Source: Parcubacteria group bacterium GW2011_GWD2_43_10
GTDB lineage: Bacteria > Patescibacteriota > Patescibacteriia > Veblenbacterales > UBA10138
Reading direction: 5' to 3'
DNA length: 47,078 bases
Assembly (NCBI GenBank): GCA_000995845.1
Contig: LCEZ01000003.1
Location: 1-47,078, forward strand
Numbering within the stretch: position 1 is the stretch's first letter; every line of letters begins with the position of its first letter. The notes below the pieces were generated by a model. It ran no database searches and was not told the origin of the DNA. It saw only the letters and a program-made list of their open reading frames with translations. Below, one piece after another: positions 7,467 to 17,399 of this stretch. The translations under genes were made by a program, and so were the position numbers.

Positions 7467-7865
7467 ATGAAAAAGAATAAGTACAAGATGCTGACGAAAA
7501 GTTATGGCAAGGAACTAGTGTTGGATTTGTATAATTGCAATTCCAAAAAGTTCAACCGAAAAGAGATAGCGCGTTATTTTCGGGAGCTTTGTGATCTCAT
7601 AGAAATGCAGCGTGACGATATGCATTTTTGGGACGATGTCGGCGTACCCAAAAAAGATCGGGTAACCTTGCCGCATTTGGTGGGGACTTCGGCTATTCAA
7701 TTCATTATGACCAGCAACGTGACTATCCACACCCTGGATATACTTAAAAGGGTGTATCTTAATATTTTTTCTTGCAAAGACTTTGATGCCAAAATCGCAG
7801 CTGAATTCTCCCGCAAGTTCTTTGGCGGCAAGATAGTTACTAGCAAGGTAGTTATAAGAAAATGA
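7467..7865 (+). CDS. S-adenosylmethionine decarboxylase-like pyruvoyl-enzyme family protein (SpeH/SpeD class 1b-like). Substrate unknown.
   Basis: YGKELVLDLYNC... and IMTSNVTIHTLD...YLNIFSC parallel the G.H...D...C / SESH.TIHTWPE...D.F.C pattern of prokaryotic AdoMetDC proenzymes. Has TS where the ES self-cleavage site is usual. Confidence 0.65.
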   Translation: MKKNKYKMLTKSYGKELVLDLYNCNSKKFNRKEIARYFRELCDLIEMQRDDMHFWDDVGVPKKDRVTLPHLVGTSAIQFIMTSNVTIHTLDILKRVYLNIFSCKDFDAKIAAEFSRKFFGGKIVTSKVVIRK

Positions 7866-9169
7866 GAATATATACTCAAGAAGTTTTCATTCCTAAGAAT
7901 GAATTGAAGCTGGGGGGATTGGAGGAGTTGCAAAAATACTACGAAAGCAAGATGCAAGCTGAGCTACCTCAGCCGCATCGCGTTTTAAGATTTGTCGTGA
8001 CCAAGACGGATGATACAGGTTATTACTGTGAATTAGATTTGATAATGCAAGATACGGGCGAACCAACTTCACCTTATTTGCAGGCTGATAATATTTTTAC
8101 TCATAATTTGCGTACCGCCGAGAACACTGGCAAGTTCACGGCTGTTTTAATAATTCCAACCGGCATTGGTTGTGAAATTGGCGGACATTGCGGTGATGGC
8201 AATGTGGTGGCGAGGTTAATGGCGGCAACATGTGATCGGCTAATCACCCATCCTAATGTGGTGAATGCTTCGGATGTTAATGAGATGACGGAAAACGCTC
8301 TTTATGTTGAGGGTAGTATTTTAACCCGCTTTATGATGGGCAAAATTGGCTTGCAGCCAGTCAGGCAGAACCGGATGCTGATGCTGATGGATAAAAATGA
8401 TGATAAATTCTTTAATGATGAGGTGATTAATGCGGTGTCAACAGCTCGGGTGACCCTAGGGATTGATTGTGAGGTGTATGAAATGGAAAACATTACTGAT
8501 ACTGAGTCTAAATACTCAAAATCAGGTCGGGCAGTAGGGGAAGTAAAGCAGGCACAAAAATTATTTGATGTGGCGGCTGGGTTCCGCGACCGCTATGATG
8601 TTTTTGCCATGTCTACAATTATCAATATGCCGCATGAGCTGCATGAAAAGTATTATCAGGAAGAAAATATTGTGAATCCTTTTGGTGGGATTGAAGCCAT
8701 GTTAACCCACAGCCTGGCGGAAATTTTCCGGATGCCGGCAGCACATTCGCCGATGATGCCAAATAGAGACGAAGATAATATTGAAACTGGTATCATTGAT
8801 CCCAGGAAAGCCCCAGAGTCTGCTTCAGTTACATATTTGCATTGCATCTTAAAAGGCTTGCATCGCGCCCCGCGCATAGTGCCGCCTAATAAAGGCATAA
8901 CTTTAGATGATGTTTCATGTTTGGTTATTCCTGATGGTTGTGTGGGTCTGCCGACCTTATCGGCCCTAGCCAATGATATTACAGTGATTGCGGTCAGAGA
9001 GAACAAGAACAACATGAAAAACAGTTTGGCTGATCTGCCCTTTAAGCCCGGCAAATTATTTATCGTAGATAATTATTTGGAAGCGGCTGGTTTGATGAGA
9101 GCCATGCAAGCCGGCGTTCACCCTTCGTCAGTCCGGCGACCGATTGATTTTACTAAAGTGGTGAAATAA
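7862..9169 (+). CDS. Conserved uncharacterised protein, DUF3326-like
   Basis: Motif IIPTGIGCEIGGHCGDGNVVARL recalls the PTGIGA.IGG.AGDA core of DUF3326 (from memory). The start overlaps the upstream stop (ATGA). Confidence 0.55.
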   Translation: MRIYTQEVFIPKNELKLGGLEELQKYYESKMQAELPQPHRVLRFVVTKTDDTGYYCELDLIMQDTGEPTSPYLQADNIFTHNLRTAENTGKFTAVLIIPTGIGCEIGGHCGDGNVVARLMAATCDRLITHPNVVNASDVNEMTENALYVEGSILTRFMMGKIGLQPVRQNRMLMLMDKNDDKFFNDEVINAVSTARVTLGIDCEVYEMENITDTESKYSKSGRAVGEVKQAQKLFDVAAGFRDRYDVFAMSTIINMPHELHEKYYQEENIVNPFGGIEAMLTHSLAEIFRMPAAHSPMMPNRDEDNIETGIIDPRKAPESASVTYLHCILKGLHRAPRIVPPNKGITLDDVSCLVIPDGCVGLPTLSALANDITVIAVRENKNNMKNSLADLPFKPGKLFIVDNYLEAAGLMRAMQAGVHPSSVRRPIDFTKVVK

Positions 9170-9192
9170 TAGTTTTAGCTATAAGACGAATT

Positions 9193-9224
9193 AGCCTCTG
9201 AAATTGACTTCAGAGGCTTTTTTG
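9193..9224 (+). terminator. Rho-independent terminator
   Basis: AGCCTCTGAA-attgac-TTCAGAGGCT (10 bp stem) followed by TTTTTT. Confidence 0.85.
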
Positions 9225-9241
9225 GTTAAAGTTGAGGCGTT

Positions 9242-10249
9242 ATGTTTATTAAGAAAATTGGAATAGATTTAGGCACAACCTACACACTCGTCCATGTTCC
9301 CGGGCGAGGCATTGTTATAAATGAGCCCTCGGTGGTGGCGGTATCTACGGTTGACAAAAGCGTTTTAGCAGTGGGGGAGGAGGCCAAGGAAATGCTGGGG
9401 CGTACACCTGATACTATAGTAGCCTTACGGCCCTTAAAAGACGGGGTGATTGCTGATTATCGCACGACCGAGGCCATGCTCAGGTATTTTATTAATAAGG
9501 CTTTGGGTGGCATCAGGTTTTTTAAGCCTGAAGTCATGATTGCGGTGCCGGCTGGCATTACCTCAACCGAGCGTCGGGCAGTGATTGATGCTACCAACGC
9601 CGCTGGCGCTAAAGAGGCCTACATAATTAAAGAGCCGATCGCCGCGGCCATTGGCGCTAATATCCCAATTGGCTCGGCTTCGGGGCATATGATTGTTGAT
9701 ATGGGCGGCGGTACCAGCGAGGTTGCAGTTATATCTTTAGGCGGCATTGTAGCTAACACCAGCGTGCGGATTGGCGGCAATAAGCTTGATACTGCCATTA
9801 CAGATTTTATTCGCAAAAAATACGGTTTGGCTATTGGCGAACAAACAGCTGAGGCGATAAAGATAAAGATTGGCAGCGCTATGTATATGGAAGATAAATT
9901 AGCCATGGATGTGCGGGGGCGCGATATGGTATCAGGTCTGCCTCGCACCATTACAGTAACTTCTGATGATGTTACGGAAGCGATTCATAATGAGCTGGAA
10001 GGAATTATCCAGGCGGCCAAAACAGTATTGCAAGGCACGCCGCCAGAACTTTCGGCCGATGTTATTGATAAAGGCATGGTTTTGTCCGGCGGTACGGCCT
10101 TGTTGCGGAATATTGATAAGTTATTTACCCAAGCGACTGGCGTGACGGCTTTTGTAGCGGATGATGCCTTGCTGTGTGTAGCTAAAGGCACGGGGGTAGC
10201 TTTGGACAATTTGGAATCTTATAAGCGCAGTATTTTATCAGCCAAATAA
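9242..10249 (+). CDS. mreB: Rod-shape determining actin homolog MreB
   Basis: IGIDLGTTYTLV, DGVIADY, DMGGGTSEVAVISLGG, VLSGGTALLRNIDK. Confidence 0.95.
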   Translation: MFIKKIGIDLGTTYTLVHVPGRGIVINEPSVVAVSTVDKSVLAVGEEAKEMLGRTPDTIVALRPLKDGVIADYRTTEAMLRYFINKALGGIRFFKPEVMIAVPAGITSTERRAVIDATNAAGAKEAYIIKEPIAAAIGANIPIGSASGHMIVDMGGGTSEVAVISLGGIVANTSVRIGGNKLDTAITDFIRKKYGLAIGEQTAEAIKIKIGSAMYMEDKLAMDVRGRDMVSGLPRTITVTSDDVTEAIHNELEGIIQAAKTVLQGTPPELSADVIDKGMVLSGGTALLRNIDKLFTQATGVTAFVADDALLCVAKGTGVALDNLESYKRSILSAK

Positions 10250-10272
10250 ATTTTTAAACTAGCCGGCATTTT

Positions 10273-11568
10273 ATGTGGTTAGTGCTGTCACCTTTTAGTC
10301 TGTTACTGCCACTGGCTGTTTTAGCCTGGTATTCGCGTCGCTGGGCTTTGTTGGTGTTACTTGCCGGTTTATCAGCTTATATTATCAGAACTGATTTAAT
10401 TAGCTTGCCGACTACTTGGTTAGAGCTTGGTATCGGAATTACCTTAGCAGTTTGGTTAATAAAAGGGGATTGGCGGATTTTTCAAAAAATAAATTTAAGA
10501 TTATTTTGGCCCTGGCTAATACCATTATTGTTATGGTTAGTAGCTGGAATTTTGGGCATTTTAGTGGCGGAGGACACCAGGTTAGCTTTAGGTGTGTGGA
10601 AGGGATTTATTATTGATCCATTACTTTTGTGTATTATGGTAGCTTCAGTTGCTGTATCAGAAAAAGAAAAAAATTGGTGGCGGGATTGGATAGCAGCCCT
10701 GCTCGTTGGGGCAGTTGCTACTACCACTGTTGCCATGCTGCAAACTTTTACTATGCACGGCGGGCGTTTGCAAAGCGGTTATGATTCACCCAATGTTTTA
10801 GCCATGTATCTGGGACCAATATTGATAATTGGTTTACTTTGGTTATTTGAAAATCGGCGTGACTTAAAATTATATCAGCAGCTCCTTTGGCTCGGAGCTT
10901 GCTTAGTTGTTGGCTGGGGCGTGATTTTAACCAATAGCTACACTGCTATTGCCGCTATTATGGGCGCGATTGTGATTTATTTCATTATTAAATCTTGGCC
11001 TAAACTGGCTGGAGTTATCGGCTTAGTGTTGATTTTATTTAGTTTATTAGGTCCATGGGCGGCAGTGTCATTGAATAAAGGTTTATTAACTGGTCACACT
11101 AACCCTACCTATGGCATAACTTCAGGCGAGGTCAGGATGATTTTATGGCGCCAGGCAGTTGAATTTATCAAAGCTAGTCCAATCTTAGGTTTGGGTTTGG
11201 GGCAATGGCAAGCAAGTTTTAATACTATAGCCGAAGAGCGCGGCTGGTTAAGTATTAAAAATCCAGGGCTCGCTATTGAGCTGCATTATTCCAGTCTTTA
11301 CCCGCATAATTTATGGCTGACAACCTGGTTATCAGTTGGCATCCTGGGTTTGGTAGCATTAATTTGGCTGGTTATAAAAGTTTTTAAATCGGCCGTCGGC
11401 GCGGCCGCTATACCAGCAGCGGTTTTGGCGGTACAGATTATACACGGCACACTAGATACGCCCATGTGGAAAAATGATTTAGCGATTTTGTGGTGGCTAG
11501 CTATTATGTTCGCTATAATTTATCAGCTTAAGTTACAGCCCCCCAAGATAGAACACCGTTATGAGTAA
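10273..11568 (+). CDS. O-antigen ligase/polymerase-like (Wzy_C domain) polytopic membrane protein
   Basis: About 10 TM helices plus a loop RMILWRQAVEFIKASPILGLGLGQW typical of the O-antigen ligase family. Confidence 0.75.
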   Translation: MWLVLSPFSLLLPLAVLAWYSRRWALLVLLAGLSAYIIRTDLISLPTTWLELGIGITLAVWLIKGDWRIFQKINLRLFWPWLIPLLLWLVAGILGILVAEDTRLALGVWKGFIIDPLLLCIMVASVAVSEKEKNWWRDWIAALLVGAVATTTVAMLQTFTMHGGRLQSGYDSPNVLAMYLGPILIIGLLWLFENRRDLKLYQQLLWLGACLVVGWGVILTNSYTAIAAIMGAIVIYFIIKSWPKLAGVIGLVLILFSLLGPWAAVSLNKGLLTGHTNPTYGITSGEVRMILWRQAVEFIKASPILGLGLGQWQASFNTIAEERGWLSIKNPGLAIELHYSSLYPHNLWLTTWLSVGILGLVALIWLVIKVFKSAVGAAAIPAAVLAVQIIHGTLDTPMWKNDLAILWWLAIMFAIIYQLKLQPPKIEHRYE

Positions 11569-12565
11569 AATCAAAGTAATAGGCCACGAGGCGATTAGAA
11601 ATTTTTTACTTAATTCCTGGCAGCGCCAGGCCTTGAGCCATGCCTATCTGCTACTCGGGCCAGAAGGCATTGGTAAATTTACTTTAGTTAAGGATTTTGC
11701 CGCGCATTTATTTTGCGAACAGCAGTCGGCTTGCGGCCAATGCTCGGCTTGTCAGCAGGTGTTGCGGGATAATCACCCTGATATTTGGCTGGTTGAGAGG
11801 CAGTCCGATAAACAGGACATTACCATTGAGCAAATCAGGCAGCTGCATGATTTTATTTCTTTAAAGTCTTTGAGCGGCGACTGGCGGCTGGTGGTGATTA
11901 ATGGCGCTCATTTTTTAAATACGGAATCAGGTAATGCCTTGCTTAAATCATTAGAAGAGCCGGCTGATAAAGTTATTTTCTTTTTACTTTCCGCCGAGCC
12001 TAAAAAAATACTGGCGACCATTAGTTCACGCTGCCAGGTTTTAAAATTAAGTTTTGTGCCCACCAGCGAGATCGCCAAGTTTTTACAAGGTCACGGGGCT
12101 CATGCTGAGCAGGCTGGAGAATTAGCCCAATTATCCGGCGGTCGCCCGGGAACCGCTTTGAATTTACTAGTCCAACCCGAAGAGTTTACACATCAACTAG
12201 ACCAAGCCAGATTGTTTTTAAATTTATTTAATAGTAACGGTTTTATTCAGGCGACGCGTTATTTTGAAACAGAATTCAAAGAAGCTGGTACTGAACTTAT
12301 GACCAGCCGAGAACAAGCTTTGAGGCTAGTAAATATCTGGCGGACTGTGGCGCGTGATTTATGGTGTTATAAATTAAATTTAAAAAAATACCTGCGCTAC
12401 CAAGCGTTTGAGGCCGAGCTAGAAAAAACATCTCAGTTAAGCCTTAAGCAATTGTGGCGCATTAGCCACCTCTTACAAGAGGCGTCCCGGCGTTTAGCTG
12501 CTAATGCTCATATTCGGCTGACATTAGAATGGCTAGCCTATTCTTTAGGACAATTTAAAGTTTAG
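11561..12565 (+). CDS. holB: DNA polymerase III delta-prime subunit
   Basis: HAYLLLGPEGIGK P-loop-like motif, CGQCSACQQV zinc module, SRCQVL sensor motif. Confidence 0.85.
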   Translation: MSKIKVIGHEAIRNFLLNSWQRQALSHAYLLLGPEGIGKFTLVKDFAAHLFCEQQSACGQCSACQQVLRDNHPDIWLVERQSDKQDITIEQIRQLHDFISLKSLSGDWRLVVINGAHFLNTESGNALLKSLEEPADKVIFFLLSAEPKKILATISSRCQVLKLSFVPTSEIAKFLQGHGAHAEQAGELAQLSGGRPGTALNLLVQPEEFTHQLDQARLFLNLFNSNGFIQATRYFETEFKEAGTELMTSREQALRLVNIWRTVARDLWCYKLNLKKYLRYQAFEAELEKTSQLSLKQLWRISHLLQEASRRLAANAHIRLTLEWLAYSLGQFKV

Positions 12566-12639
12566 TTTGAATACCTCTTTTCAATTAGGCAATTTTCGGC
12601 TAAGATTAACTACGCTATTTAAACTATCTTAATGCCACT

Positions 12640-13194
12640 ATGAAGCAATTTATTGAACAAGCTAAACCAAAATTAGATAAAGCGATTGAGCATTTAAAAG
12701 TGCAATTATCGGGTATTCGCTCAGGACGAGCAATACCGGCTTTAGTTGAACATGTCAAAGTGGAAGCTTATGGCACGATGACGCCCTTGATTGAACTGGC
12801 GGGCATTACTGCGCCTGAGCCTAGGTTATTAGTAGTAAGTCCGTGGGATAAATCTATTATTAAAGAGGTGGAAAAAGCCTTGCAGGCCGCTAATTTAGGT
12901 GTGCAGCCAACAGTTGATGGTGACGTGGTGAGGTTAAATTTTCCATCACTTACAGAGGAAAGAAGGCGAGAGCTGGTAAAAATGGTTAATAATAAACTGG
13001 AAGAAACTAAAGTTGCTATACGAAATGTACGCGAGGAAATTATGAAAGAATTAAAAGAGCAAAAGGGCACGGGGGAGATAAGCGAGGATGATTTTTTTGC
13101 CACTCAGAAAGATCTGCAAAAGATTATTGATGAACAAAATGAATCTATCAAGCAGTTGGGTGAGGAAAAAGAAAAGGAAATAATGACCATCTAA
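12640..13194 (+). CDS. frr: Ribosome recycling factor
   Basis: Full-length RRF pattern: LSGIRSGRA, VEAYG...PL, LTEERRRELVK, ISEDD. Confidence 0.95.
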   Translation: MKQFIEQAKPKLDKAIEHLKVQLSGIRSGRAIPALVEHVKVEAYGTMTPLIELAGITAPEPRLLVVSPWDKSIIKEVEKALQAANLGVQPTVDGDVVRLNFPSLTEERRRELVKMVNNKLEETKVAIRNVREEIMKELKEQKGTGEISEDDFFATQKDLQKIIDEQNESIKQLGEEKEKEIMTI

Positions 13195-14298
13195 ATGATA
13201 ACGACGATTTTAATATTTTTTGCGATTTTACTGGTCTTGGTGCTGGCCCATGAGTGGGGTCATTTTTTTGCTGCCCGACGATTAAAAATCGGGGTGGAGG
13301 AATTTGGCTTTGGCTTTCCGCCCCGTTTAGCTAGTGTAATGCACCAAGGTACCAAATTTTCTTTCAATTGGCTGCCACTGGGGGGCTTTGTCAAACTTAA
13401 AGGTGAGTCGGGTGATAATCGTATTGAGCCTGATAGTTTTGCTGTGCAAAAACCATGGCGCCGGGCAGTGGTGCTGGTGGCGGGAGTAGGCATGAATTTG
13501 GTTTTAGCTTTTGTGTTATTAAGCACCGGTTTTATGATTGGTGTGCCGGTGGCCTTGGACGAATCGGAAATTGCCAAAGCTCAGGATGTAAAAATCGTCG
13601 TGGAAATGGTAGCGGTAAATTCTCCAGCGGCTCAGGCGGGCATTAAAATTGGCGATGCCATAATCAGTCTTGATAATCAGGAGTTAGCTACAATAAGTGA
13701 AGTGCAAAATTATATAGCTGGTCATACTGATTCACCAATAGAATTAAAATTAGATAGATTAGGTGAAAGTATAAATATTCAAGCTCAGCCAACATTATTG
13801 CCAGAAGTGCCGGACCGGGCTGTACTGGGAGTAAGTTTATTGCAAACCGGCGTTATATCTTATCCTTGGTATCAAGCCATTTGGCACGGGGCGCGGGCTA
13901 CGGTTATCTTAACCAAAGAGATTGTCTTGGCTTTTGGCAGCTTATTCCGCGGTTTGTTTATTGAGCGACAGGTGCCAGCTGATTTAGCTGGGCCAGTAGG
14001 CATTGCGGTTTTAACCGGGCAAGTGGTGGACTTGGGTTTTGCTTATGTTTTGCAATTTGCTTCTTTGCTTTCAATTAATTTGGCGCTCATTAATATTTTG
14101 CCATTTCCAGCGTTAGATGGCGGTAGGTTATTATTTGTCATAATAGAAAAAATTAGGCGCAAGGCCACTGACGCTAAAACCGAAGCCATTGTCCATAATA
14201 TTGGTTTTGCCTTTTTAATGATTTTGGTTGTACTGATAACTTATCGCGATGTCATGCGCTTAAGCAGCGGCTTTTTTCAAAACATTTTCGGTGCTTAG
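13195..14298 (+). CDS. rseP: Site-2 (M50) RIP metalloprotease RseP with a single PDZ domain
   Basis: HEWGHFFAARR (HExxH in TM1), PDZ segment SPAAQAGIKIGDAIISL, NILPFPALDGGRL. Confidence 0.9.
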   Translation: MITTILIFFAILLVLVLAHEWGHFFAARRLKIGVEEFGFGFPPRLASVMHQGTKFSFNWLPLGGFVKLKGESGDNRIEPDSFAVQKPWRRAVVLVAGVGMNLVLAFVLLSTGFMIGVPVALDESEIAKAQDVKIVVEMVAVNSPAAQAGIKIGDAIISLDNQELATISEVQNYIAGHTDSPIELKLDRLGESINIQAQPTLLPEVPDRAVLGVSLLQTGVISYPWYQAIWHGARATVILTKEIVLAFGSLFRGLFIERQVPADLAGPVGIAVLTGQVVDLGFAYVLQFASLLSINLALINILPFPALDGGRLLFVIIEKIRRKATDAKTEAIVHNIGFAFLMILVVLITYRDVMRLSSGFFQNIFGA

Positions 14299-14450
14299 AT
14301 AAACTATAATTTTGGTATGTAGCCTCTATAGAAAGAGCGGTCTTATAGCAAAAACAAATTCTACATCACCCAATCCCGCCCAATTACTACTCTATAAATA
14401 ATAGTTAAACCTATAGTAACAAAAGTAGCTCCAGGTCGTTATATATTGTA

Positions 14451-15512
14451 ATGACGTATTTAAGTAAATCTCCGAGCTTACGGCTTAGTTTAATAGGTGT
14501 AGCCTTGGTTTTAATGGGGCAGGCTTGCGGAGTTAAATCTGGTCCGGTTGGCTCTGCCGGAATTTTTTATTCCCCCAATCAAGGTGAAACCTGGACCCCT
14601 AAAGTTAAGGCCGGACAAGACGAGGAGGGCGAGGCTATTACCATTGAGCAAGTTAGTATCAGCCAAGTGATGATTTCACCTCTGACCAGTAATGTTTTAT
14701 ACGCCGTGGCTGGGCCAGCCGGACTTTACCGAAGTGAAGACAAAGCTGAATCTTGGCAGAAAATTATAGCACAACCAGTCTCCAATTTATTGCTTGATGC
14801 TAAAGATACCCAGGTGGCTTATGTAGTATCAGGTCAAACGTTGTGGCGAACAAAGGATTACGGGAAAAATTGGTCAGTCATCTATATTGAAGCTACACCC
14901 CGGGCGGAAATAAATGATATAACTCAAAACCCAGTTGAACCCAATAAACTGTATTTAGCCACCGGCAAAGGTTTGGTTATGCTTTTAAGCCAAAATCAAG
15001 GAGAAGCCTGGCAAAGGGTGAAAATATTTGATAAGCCAATTATAAAACTTATGTTTTATCCGCGCGATCCTAAAATAATTTATGCCATAGAGAATGGCGG
15101 TGTCATTTGGCGTAGTCAAGACTCAGGTAATTCCTGGTCAGCAATAACTAAGAATTTGCAAACCCAGCTCAAGGTTAAATTAGGAACTTTTCGCGACTTA
15201 GTTATACTGCCAGGTGCCGGTGAAGGCTTGTTGTACGCTAATAGTTTAGGTATTTATCGTAGTCTAGATGCTGGCCAAAATTGGTCGGCCCTAACTTTAT
15301 TAACCCGGCCCGGCAGTGTCAATATTACTGCGTTAGGAATAAATCCTAAAAACGCTAATAATATTATATATTGTGCCCAAGGGGTGCTGTTCAAATCTAG
15401 TGATGGTGGTATAAATTGGACCACACGACGCCTACCTTCGCCGTTGGCAGTAACGTCTTTGGTTGTAAGCCCAGATGATCCTAATTCAATTTATATAAGT
15501 TTGGGCCAATAA
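14451..15512 (+). CDS. BNR/Asp-box repeat beta-propeller lipoprotein (Ycf48/sialidase-like fold)
   Basis: Seven SxDxGxxW-type Asp boxes (SPNQGETW, SEDKAESW, TKDYGKNW, SQNQGEAW, SQDSGNSW, SLDAGQNW, SSDGGINW). Signal peptide ends in LMGQAC (lipobox-like). Confidence 0.75.
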   Translation: MTYLSKSPSLRLSLIGVALVLMGQACGVKSGPVGSAGIFYSPNQGETWTPKVKAGQDEEGEAITIEQVSISQVMISPLTSNVLYAVAGPAGLYRSEDKAESWQKIIAQPVSNLLLDAKDTQVAYVVSGQTLWRTKDYGKNWSVIYIEATPRAEINDITQNPVEPNKLYLATGKGLVMLLSQNQGEAWQRVKIFDKPIIKLMFYPRDPKIIYAIENGGVIWRSQDSGNSWSAITKNLQTQLKVKLGTFRDLVILPGAGEGLLYANSLGIYRSLDAGQNWSALTLLTRPGSVNITALGINPKNANNIIYCAQGVLFKSSDGGINWTTRRLPSPLAVTSLVVSPDDPNSIYISLGQ

Positions 15513-15563
15513 CAAACACAGCCAAGATTGAAAGCATTACCAGGCAAGGCTTGGGCTAATATT

Positions 15564-15595
15564 AAAACTCCTACTCCAAAGGTAGGAGTTTTGTT
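15564..15595 (+). terminator. Rho-independent terminator
   Basis: AAAACTCCTAC-tccaaag-GTAGGAGTTTT followed by a T run. Confidence 0.8.
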
Positions 15596-15606
15596 ATACT
15601 GAATAT

Positions 15607-16017
15607 ATGCTTAATCTTTCCGCCAATGGTGACTATGGCTTACTATTGCTTAAGGAATTATCTTTAGCGCAGCCTGGGCAATATCTTAGCCTAGCAACCC
15701 TAGCGCGCACTAAGCATTTACCCCGAAAGTACCTGGACCATGTCGCCCGGCAATTGGTGACGGCCGGGGTTATAAGCGCGCGTGAAGGCCGGGGTGGCGG
15801 CTATATTTTAAGTAAACCCGTTAACCAGATTAAATTTGTAGAAGTGTTAAAAGCTTTAGAGGGTGAGCTTGAGCCAGTGCACTGCACTCATGATGGCAAG
15901 TGTTGCGACAGAAAATTCGCCTGCGAACGTAAAACTGGTTGGCAAGAGGTGCATGCTCAATTGTATAAATTACTGCAAAATAAAACCTTAGCCGACGTTA
16001 TAAAAACGGCTGCTTAA
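15607..16017 (+). CDS. Rrf2-family transcriptional regulator (IscR/SufR-like, Cys-rich)
   Basis: [10 protein letters not shown]...[24 protein letters not shown]...[11 protein letters not shown]. Candidate cluster ligands in [14 protein letters not shown]. Confidence 0.85.
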   Translation: MLNLSANGDYGLLLLKELSLAQPGQYLSLATLARTKHLPRKYLDHVARQLVTAGVISAREGRGGGYILSKPVNQIKFVEVLKALEGELEPVHCTHDGKCCDRKFACERKTGWQEVHAQLYKLLQNKTLADVIKTAA

Positions 16018-16034
16018 TTATTAATTTATTTATT

Positions 16035-16634
16035 ATGTTTGAATTACCAAAATTACCATATTCATTTGATGCCCTAGAGCCTTATATAGATGCTAAAACC
16101 ATGGAAATCCATCAGGGCAAGCATCATGCCGCTTATGTGGCTAAGCTTAATGAGGCTTTAGATAAATCAGCGGAGTGGGAAGCAAAAAAGATAGAAGAGA
16201 TTGTAGCTAATTACGATAAAGCACCTGAGGAAATTAAAACAGCCTTGAGAAATCACGGTGGCGGTCATTTTAATCACACCTTGTTTTGGGAATCGCTTCG
16301 GCCAGCTGGTGGTGTGAGGCCTAGTGGTAAATTGCAATTGGCTATAGTGGAGGCCTTTGGTGACTTTGATAAATTTAAAGAGACTTTCACTAAATCAGCA
16401 GTCGGGGTTTTTGGCAGTGGTTGGGCCTGGCTCACTGTAGAAGCTTCAGGCAAATTGGCTATAATTACAACACCCAATCAAGATAATCCGTTAACGCGAG
16501 GCTTTAAGCCGTTGCTGGGTTTAGATGTTTGGGAGCACGCTTATTATTTGAAGTATCAAAACCGGCGGCCGGAATATATTGACGCTTGGTGGAATGTAGT
16601 TAATTGGGAAACAGTGTCTGAGCGATTTAACTAG
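16035..16634 (+). CDS. Fe/Mn superoxide dismutase
   Basis: [45 protein letters not shown]. Confidence 0.95.
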   Translation: MFELPKLPYSFDALEPYIDAKTMEIHQGKHHAAYVAKLNEALDKSAEWEAKKIEEIVANYDKAPEEIKTALRNHGGGHFNHTLFWESLRPAGGVRPSGKLQLAIVEAFGDFDKFKETFTKSAVGVFGSGWAWLTVEASGKLAIITTPNQDNPLTRGFKPLLGLDVWEHAYYLKYQNRRPEYIDAWWNVVNWETVSERFN

Positions 16635-16637
16635 CAA

Positions 16638-17399
16638 ATGCCAAACTTACTTGAAATAATTAATCTTCACACCCAAGTTGAGGGCAAAGAGATATTGAAG
16701 GGTGTTAATTTGGCTATCAATCAAGGCGAGATTCATGCTTTGATGGGCCCGAACGGTTCAGGTAAAAGCACTTTGGCCAGCGTGTTAATGGGCCATCCCA
16801 GTTTTGTCGTAACTAGCGGTAAAATAAATTGGCAAGGCCAGGATTTGTTATCATTAAAACCAGAAGAACGTTCACATTTAGGTTTATTTTTAGCATTTCA
16901 GTACCCGGTATCGGTTACTGGTTTAACCGTAGAACATTTTTTGCGCAGTGCCTTGAGTGCGCATCGTCAATCGGCAGGTCAAAAAATATTATCGCCCCTG
17001 GAATTCCGGTCTTTAATTGAGGCTGAGCTTAAGCTTTTAAAATTTAAATCAGAATTTTTAGAGCGATCATTAAATGATGGTTTTTCCGGCGGTGAGAAAA
17101 AACGTCTGGAGATTTTACAACTTGCCGTACTTAAACCCAAACTAGCTATTTTAGACGAAACCGATTCTGGTTTGGATGTGGATGCGATGAAGCTGGTGGC
17201 TGAGGGTGTAAATAGATTAGCCAAGTCTGAGATGGCAGTGCTGGTTATTACTCATTATCAGCGCCTGCTTCATTATTTAAGTCCAACCAATGTTCATGTT
17301 ATGATGGCTGGAAAAATAATTAAATCTGCTGGGTCGGATTTGGTGCAGGCAGTTGAGCAAACTGGTTACCAGCAATTTGAGCATTTAAATGTTGCCTAA
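16638..17399 (+). CDS. sufC: Fe-S cluster assembly ATPase SufC
   Basis: GPNGSGKSTL, FSGGEKKRLEILQ, AILDETDSGLD, ITHYQRLL. Confidence 0.95.
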   Translation: MPNLLEIINLHTQVEGKEILKGVNLAINQGEIHALMGPNGSGKSTLASVLMGHPSFVVTSGKINWQGQDLLSLKPEERSHLGLFLAFQYPVSVTGLTVEHFLRSALSAHRQSAGQKILSPLEFRSLIEAELKLLKFKSEFLERSLNDGFSGGEKKRLEILQLAVLKPKLAILDETDSGLDVDAMKLVAEGVNRLAKSEMAVLVITHYQRLLHYLSPTNVHVMMAGKIIKSAGSDLVQAVEQTGYQQFEHLNVA

